Shown: positions 23,228 to 27,865 of the stretch, in pieces
Layout of the letters: the number at the start of each line of letters is the position of its first letter
Numbering within the stretch: position 1 is the stretch's first letter
Assembly (NCBI GenBank): GCA_000165425.1
Contig: CT868219.1
Span: forward strand, 500,728-528,592
Reading direction: 5' to 3'
From: Paramecium tetraurelia
Taxonomy: Eukaryota
Length of the DNA: 27,865 nucleotides
Translations under genes and position numbers: made by a program
Notes under the pieces: generated by a model
The model's input: only the letters and a program-made list of their open reading frames with translations
What the model was told of the DNA's origin: nothing
Databases searched by the model: none

Positions 23228-24500
23228 ATGGGAAATAATTAGGCTAGTAACTCAAAAAAAAGGAAATCTGGAATATCAGCCTCATAATTTGGAGATATAT
23301 TAATTAAAACTGATAAATCATATTATTTCTCTGGCGAAGTCGTAATCGGTATTCTAGGTCCATTTACATATATAGGAAATATCTATTTGAATGTAATTAA
23401 AGATGGATTTCCAGGTTGCGTTGTGTACTTGAGAGTCTCTGGCAAAGAGAAATGTTAATGGACAGAAACAACAACAAACACATCATCAGACTCAGATGGG
23501 AACACAACTGAAAGTACATCTACTTCTACATATACTGGAAAGTCTTATATTTATTAACACAAGTTGGTAATACATAATTTTGAAAGTCCTTCACTCCCAT
23601 TAGGATAATTCGTATTTCCTTTTTAATTTTAACTTTTATCTCATCTTCCTAGTTCATTTTATTAAAATGACGTAGCATAGATTAGTTACAAAGTTAAAGC
23701 AGCTATTTAATCTAAGAAGTCCTCTTTAAATTGTATAATGAGCATTTAAAGATTAATCATAAGAGAACCATTAAGACAAAATACACAACCTTTGACTGGG
23801 AATATGTAGATTCATTCTTAGGATTGCTGCTTTCCAAGTGATGGGGTATTAAATATGTTCTATTTATAGGTTTGTCTCATCAATTGTAGTATAGACAAAC
23901 ATAATTATCTTCCAGGAGATGTAGCGCATTTAGAAATAAATATTGATAATTCGAGTTTAGATGAGCAAATTACTTCAATTTCTATTATTTTTTTGAATAC
24001 TTTGACATTAACTGATGATTCGGGTCGCTAAAAACTCTAAAACTGGATAGTTCAAAAGAATGAGATCTAAGGTGTTGGACCAAGAAGAAAGAGTTAAAAA
24101 AACGTACGGTTTCTTTTACAAAATAATAAATCACCTTAAGAAATATAACCATCAGCTAATGGCCGATTAGTAAATTCAGTGTATTCAATATTGATTAAAG
24201 TTAATCTAGAGTGTAAATTATATGATATTTTTAGCGGATTCATGTTGCTTCAAAGAGGATCCATTAATTACTTTTCAAATATAGATTGTTGCTGCAGTTC
24301 CTTAAAGTACGGATCCAGTTTTAATTGAACCTCCTGATTGGAATCCTTAAGTGTTTTCAATATAAAAAGTCTATCTTACTGATAGAAACAAGTAGACTGG
24401 AAAAATCTTAAATTAAGACGACTAAAATGGATAACATAAAAAAAATGACTGTATTAAAGGGAATTCAGTCCTTGATATCTAATAATAAATGCAGGAATGA
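23228..24500 (+). CDS. Arrestin-domain (alpha-arrestin-like) protein, 399 aa, predicted N-myristoylated
   Basis: MGNNQAS start; YFSGEVVIGNIYLNV, SGKEKCQWTE, PIGQFVFPFQFQLLSHLPSSF...ISYKVKA, IDKHNYLPGD, PSANGRLVNSVY, PPDWNPQ. Introns of 27, 24 and 22 nt. Confidence 0.88.
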
Positions 24501-25191
24501 TCATAATCATTTCTTTATCCAACTTTAAATTCGACATTAATTCAATAGGAAATTCTTTGTTAAAATTATATTTTCCAATATTATTATCTGTGATTTTTTA
24601 GTTTGTACTCCAGTGATTAACTATAATTTATTTTCTCATATAGAGTATTAATCTAGGAACAATCTAATTGTTTTTTTCCTGTCTAAACCAATATCCATTA
24701 TAGGATTTTTCTTAAATGTATTATTACACCATAAGATAATAGGAATAAAAGTCAAATACCAATTAATTAGCCTTTCAACCAAGAAAATTATACAGTAGTA
24801 TTTACCCAAATTAAAATTAAATTTAATGATAAGGCTCATAAAAGATTGGATTTTTTTTTATAAACCAATAAAATAACTGCATTTGATAACAATTTACTAT
24901 AAATATTGCTAGAGTGATTGATTTGAGTATTTCTTCATTAAGAAAACAAACTTTTTTGATAAAGAAAACGAAATGAGTATCTTTATATTTTATGTGTGTT
25001 TAGTGTTATATAATAATGTGATTTTGAAGAAATGCAGATAATTTTGGTACACAAATGATTTGAAAAAAATAAAATTGAAAAATGTGCTAACTGTTAATTC
25101 TATTTTATTGCAGTGCAATTAAAAATGGACTAAATATTTTATTTTATGAGTGTTTTATTTTTAATGGGGGCATTAAATATTCAATATATGC

Positions 25192-26984
25192 TCACCCGAT
25201 TGAGATAATTTGTGTTAATCTCATTTGTAGTAATTTCAAGTAGATGATATATTAATCTATTGTAGTATAATCAGGATCAATTTAATTTATTTCTAATCTC
25301 AGATCATTCATATCTAATTGGTCTTTTCCATTTTCCAACAATAAGTCTTTTTCATTAAGGCTGCGATTTAAGACTTTATTAATATCATCAGATAATTTAG
25401 TTATTAGATATTGGGGACAAGGGTAAACTACATTAGTGTCTAATGTAAGAGTGATTTTGAGTGTACATAGTCAATTTACTCTAAGTTATGGAACTTTAAT
25501 ATTCATTTGGCTTCCTACTCTGAACTCTTCATTTATTGATAACGGACTCATAGATTTCATACATATAAACCCATCATTTTTATCATATACACATTCCTCA
25601 GGGGATTCTGAAACAATATTTTTATTTCGAGAATTTAAAATATCATATCGTTTTATTGATCCTTACAAATCCTCCATTTATCTTGTTATTCTTATTGGAT
25701 TAATCAATATCTCAGTAATATCAAGAAAATTATCTATTAAGATTGACTAACTTAAATGTAATGGTCTGGAGACGGATGAAGTTATCAATTTATAAATGTT
25801 AAGTTCATCCTAAACTTTATTTTTATCATTGTTCATAAAATTGTTTTATTATTTTGATAAACAATTGGCTAAATGAAGTCTATAACTAATGCGTTAGAAA
25901 GGAAATAGAACCACGTCAAAGATGACTCTTAAGATTGTGAATAGTCCTCCAATTTTAGCGGCGACATCCATCAACGTCTAGTAGGTTATAAAATGTATTT
26001 TTTTCTTAGCATCTAAATTTAATTCAAACAAGGCAATATTATTATGATCTTCATAATTTAATGTACTGTCAATAGAGGTATTTTCATATTCAATACCTTC
26101 AATCTATTTTAGCTTGGGAAAGGAGTAAAAAGGGTTATATTCTATAAGACTTTGAGAATATTTATGATATATTCGAATATACTTTCCAACCTTATTAAAA
26201 ATCGGAGTCGAATCAATGCTTTATGCTTTTTCATATGGGGAGTCCTCTTATTCTTTATTGAAATAATGGAAAGAGTATGAGTAAAAAAGATTTGAATTTG
26301 TGATATATCTATCAATCTCATCAGTTGATGCACAATCTAATGGTTTAAGAAATAAATACTTGAATTCAAAGTGTTATTTTAACATCTTTATACTAGCCCT
26401 CCGAATTAAGTGAAATTTTCTAATTTTGATGATCCCTAGATTCTTATTTCAGGATTATTAATAAGATAATTCTCGTCTATACAATATGTAATATCTAAAT
26501 ATTTCTGTGGCACGTCCAACTATTAATATGATGTTTAGATTACTAAGGAAATATTGGAAGTGCGGTTTCCGCATATAATGCTTGGAATATTTACACAATT
26601 ATTTTCTCCATATTATTTTTTGCAAAAGTAAAAACTGATTGAAAATATTCTATTGTTATCGTTTGGAATAGGCTAACCCATACTGTCGACAAGTCCAGCA
26701 GCAAAGAGAAGTTCAGTGGAATGAAACGTATAACCCTATAAAATACTATTATTATTATATACATCTTCTGGATTAATTACTGCATCTTTTGAATTTAGGA
26801 CAGCATTTTTCCCTTTATTCATCTCTAGAATAAAAGAGTTACTAGAATATGCTAAAATAGTAAATAAAATTAGAGTCATTATTGCTCCAGTTTTCGTTCT
26901 GAATGCTGATTGACTATCAGCCTATAATCTGACTTCTTATCCAAAAATATCTAGTTTTCTCAGCTATTTAGAAATTAGTTCCAT
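25192..26984 (-). CDS. Ciliate-expanded two-transmembrane protein with large Cys-containing extracellular loop, ~572 aa
   Basis: LRKLDIFGQ...FRTKTGAIMTLILF (TM1), loop with YCID, QRCQN and CAS, then YQTLMDVAAKIGGLFTIL (TM2). Introns of 27, 24 and 23 nt give an intact frame. Confidence 0.8.
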
Positions 26985-27709
26985 TAGGTCAAGAGTTGTT
27001 TAAATATTAAAAATTATTAAAAATTATCATTATTATATTAGGTTAATATAAACAATAGGATATGGAAATGTAATTAATTTAAATAAAAGCTTATTAATAT
27101 ATATTAATAAAATTGAAACAATATTTAATTAAATAGGTATTCATTTTTACTTAAGTTATCAAATTAAGTTTGATATTATACTTTAGTATATGTAGGCGAC
27201 TTATTAGGATTCTCCTACAAATATTCTATTTAATAGTATTTTTTTTGCTGTTGGCTTTTGAAAAGATAGTGGAAAATGTTGTTTCATCCTAAATTTCAAT
27301 AATTAAATTAAATCTATTAAATAACTTTGATTAGTTAGTCTAGTAATGACTATATATGAAATTTATAAAAGGTTGTCAGAGCAATTGCATCCAATTTTAC
27401 ATATCGAATTTCAAATCCATTCTAATTAACCATTTTGTATTATATTTTCTAATTATGAATTCATGTCATTTTATGTGTGAATTTTCATAATAATAATAGA
27501 AGGATTGAATATTTTAGTATTTCGATTGTTTTAATTGAAACATACTTAAGTATTTATTTTTTCAAATAAAACCTGTCATCACAAGAGTTAAAATTACAGT
27601 TCAAACTACCTTAAAGGTTCATTCAACAAATTAGACAAGGTTCAAAAATTAAAAATAAAAAGTAATTCTCCTTCAAGATTATCTAAATTAAAAATTTTTC
27701 TTTTTCAAA

Positions 27710-27812
27710 GGGTTTGGGGTTTGGGGTTGGGTTTGGGGTTGGGGTTTGGGGTTGGGGTTTGGGTTTGGGTTTGGGGTTGGGTTTGGGTTTGGGTTTGGGG
27801 TTGGGTTTGGGT
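27710..27812 (+). repeat. Paramecium-type telomeric repeat tract (G3T3/G4T2), macronuclear chromosome end
   Basis: 103 nt: 8x GGGTTT, 5x GGGGTT, 3x GGGGTTT and a terminal GGGT. The G-rich strand runs 5'->3' outward. Confidence 0.97.
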
Positions 27813-27865
27813 AGCTAGACCCCGTGCTTGGCTTACAAAAGTGAGGTGAGAGGGATGTAGGTACG

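Noticed and set aside
24520..25190. Possible gene between the arrestin and two-TM genes (track ORF 24648-24839)
   Set aside because: No coherent exon chain or motif found; at most a remnant.
27000..27709. Coding-like fragments on the minus strand next to the telomere
   Set aside because: Multiple TGAs, no family recognised, and no chromosome-breakage motif identifiable.

Overview
Eukaryotic, very AT-rich DNA from the end of a Paramecium macronuclear chromosome. Evidence: TAA/TAG read as Gln and TGA is the only stop, introns are tiny (20-32 nt), genes are tightly packed, and a mixed G4T2/G3T3 telomere tract lies at 27710-27812. The supplied standard-code ORF track is therefore mostly uninformative, and genes were re-read by hand in the ciliate code. 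Left of the first gap are the 5' end of the kelch-bearing outer-arm dynein heavy chain (DYH5-type), EAF6, a TMEM33/Pom33 protein, a small signal-peptide+KDDL protein, a multi-PH protein, a SAXO/STOP-like protein, an IQ-DH-PH-PX-FERM RhoGEF and a DUSP-USP deubiquitinase. Between the two gaps is the most unusual block. It holds a ~22-TPR gene built from symmetric 102-nt one-repeat exons, ending in a helical effector-like domain and a CCQLI CaaX box. Head-to-head with it is an intronless gene resembling a catalytically dead tyrosine recombinase. Distal genes are a WD40 protein with compensating frameshifts or cryptic introns, UPRT, a myristoylated arrestin-domain protein and a two-TM channel-like protein. 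All family calls come from motif recognition, not database searches.
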